From positions 153,638,001 through 153,702,000 of the forward strand of contig CM059432.1 in assembly GCA_030390025.1 (NCBI GenBank): a DNA stretch of 64,000 nt, written 5' to 3'. Origin of the DNA: Squalus acanthias (Eukaryota). Of this stretch, positions 62,600 to 64,000 are shown piece after piece (position 1 is the first letter of the stretch; every line of letters begins with the position of its first letter). The notes beneath the pieces are model-generated. The model did not search any database. It saw only the letters and a program-made list of their open reading frames with translations, and had not been told where the DNA came from. The position numbers were made by a program, and so were the translations under genes.

Positions 62600-64000
62600 A
62601 AGGAAGAAAGTAAGGGAACTGTAATTGCTATACACATTGGTACAAATTATATAATGGATAGGAAATCTGTCCTCTTAAACAAAATTTACAGCAAATTTAA
62701 GGATAAAGCAGCTAAGTCAGTGATCTCTAGATCGTTGCCAGTCATTGGAGGTTCCTCAGAAAGGAACAGCAAGGCCATTGGTTTTATTGATTGGAGACAT
62801 GGGGCGCGATCTTGCCAGCCCTGGGGAGGCGGGTTTGGAGACAGGAATGCCGGGAAAATGGCAGAATTTGGGGGCGGGAGCCCAACCCGCCCCCATGCCA
62901 TCTTGCCAGGAGGCGGGTAGCCATCCCGCACCGGGTCCCGTCTCCTTGGAGGCGGGAAGGGATTACATCCACTTAACTGCCTGTTAACAGGCAGAAAATA
63001 GGATTATCCCCTTTTTGCCCTCACAAGTGCGGGCTTCCCGAAGGCTCCGAAACCCACCAGGTCACCGAGGCGAGTAGGGGGTCTGCGGGGTCCAAAAGTG
63101 TGCTGTGGAGCTGAGTGATGGGTGCAAGTGTGGAGAGGTGAGTATCTGAGGTAAGTGCAAAGTGTTAGAAAAAGTTTACTTACCTTTGTTTCTTCCTGCA
63201 GGCTTCAGTCGGTGTGTATGCGGAGAGTCTCGGACCTCCGCAGTAGAGATGACAGATGGCCGTTGCGTTCTCCAATGCAACAACCATCTCATTTCTGCAA
63301 AAGAAAGCTGTTTTATGAGGTCTTGAATTCAAGACCTCATCAAACTACAGAGAATGTCAGTGTTTGACAGCTTCACAGAGCTGTCAAACGATGACAATTC
63401 ATCTGTCAAAAATTTTTGACAGATGAAACGTCATACGTTGATGTTCTCTGCAACCGGCTTTCCCTTAATTGGCGGTCTTAACAAGGTCAATCAAGGGAAA
63501 ATAGCATGGGTTGGTCAGAAGTTGATGGAGGCGGGACTGAAACCCGACAAGTGGGAGTCCCGCCTCCAAAAGCTCCCCATTGAGAAAATCACCCCCATGG
63601 AGTAATAACAAAAACCTTGTGCTTATAAATACCAGTTCCTGAGGAAGCTAAACTTTTCAGAAAGGATGGGGTTCATTTGAATCGGTTAGGGGATGACAGA
63701 CTAGACCAGAATGTAGGAAGTAGCCATGACTGGGGATATTATACTACAGAGTATGTGCAGTTCCATATGGACTAGGGAATGGAGGTGGTGGTAACAATTA
63801 ATGTGTTTCCATTATAGGGATCAAGGTAGCTTAGATGCCATACAAGGCATGCACAGAATTCTTTATAGTGCTTTTGTATTAATGCTAGAGGTACCAGAAG
63901 TAAAATGCTGAAATCACAGACAAATTGCTATCTCTAAAACCTGGTTGCATAATAGTGATGGATCAGAAGTTCAGTTGAAAGATGACATGGCATCCGGCAA
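62600..64000 (+). mobile_element. Old CR1 ORF1 esterase / ORF2 start remnant split by a MITE
   Basis: IHIGTN and VISRSLPV before the insert; DGVHLNRLG and YINARG after it. Confidence 0.6.
62802..63596. mobile_element. Non-autonomous Harbinger-type element, TSD ATG
   Basis: TIRs GGGCGCGATCTT / AAAATCACCCCC with ATG on both sides; colinear with 27346-28177. Confidence 0.85.

Noticed and set aside
23495..64000. Upstream SUGCT exon (GYGQTGP...HITGPE-like)
   Set aside because: Searched by eye on the minus strand and not found. It probably lies outside the window, but a miss cannot be excluded.

Overview
This is vertebrate genomic DNA, most likely from a cartilaginous fish (shark-type CR1 LINEs, Deu-domain tRNA SINEs and Penelope remnants; taxon inferred from repeat types only). 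The window lies inside the long introns of a minus-strand host gene, SUGCT (succinyl-CoA:glutarate/HMG CoA-transferase, CaiB/BaiF family III). Two in-frame coding exons are visible, 23351-23494 and 3671-3766, and both were missed by the ORF track. Most of the rest is transposon-derived and often nested. It includes many CR1 LINE copies (two near full length, with ORF1 esterase and ORF2 APE-RT), L2 fragments, SINEs, hAT and Tc1/pogo-type MITEs, a 40-bp RTE-like insertion and a Penelope-type fragment carrying a minimal hammerhead ribozyme. PIF/Harbinger elements are unusually dense: two two-gene copies (DDE transposase plus a spliced Myb/SANT partner), a deletion derivative and about 8 non-autonomous elements with varied 3-bp target duplications. 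I see no clearly novel protein system. The best leads are the Harbinger radiation (spliced Myb partner, repeat-expanded transposase N-terminus, a MITE family with unexplained spliced internal sequence) and the hammerhead remnant. All identifications were made by eye without database searches.
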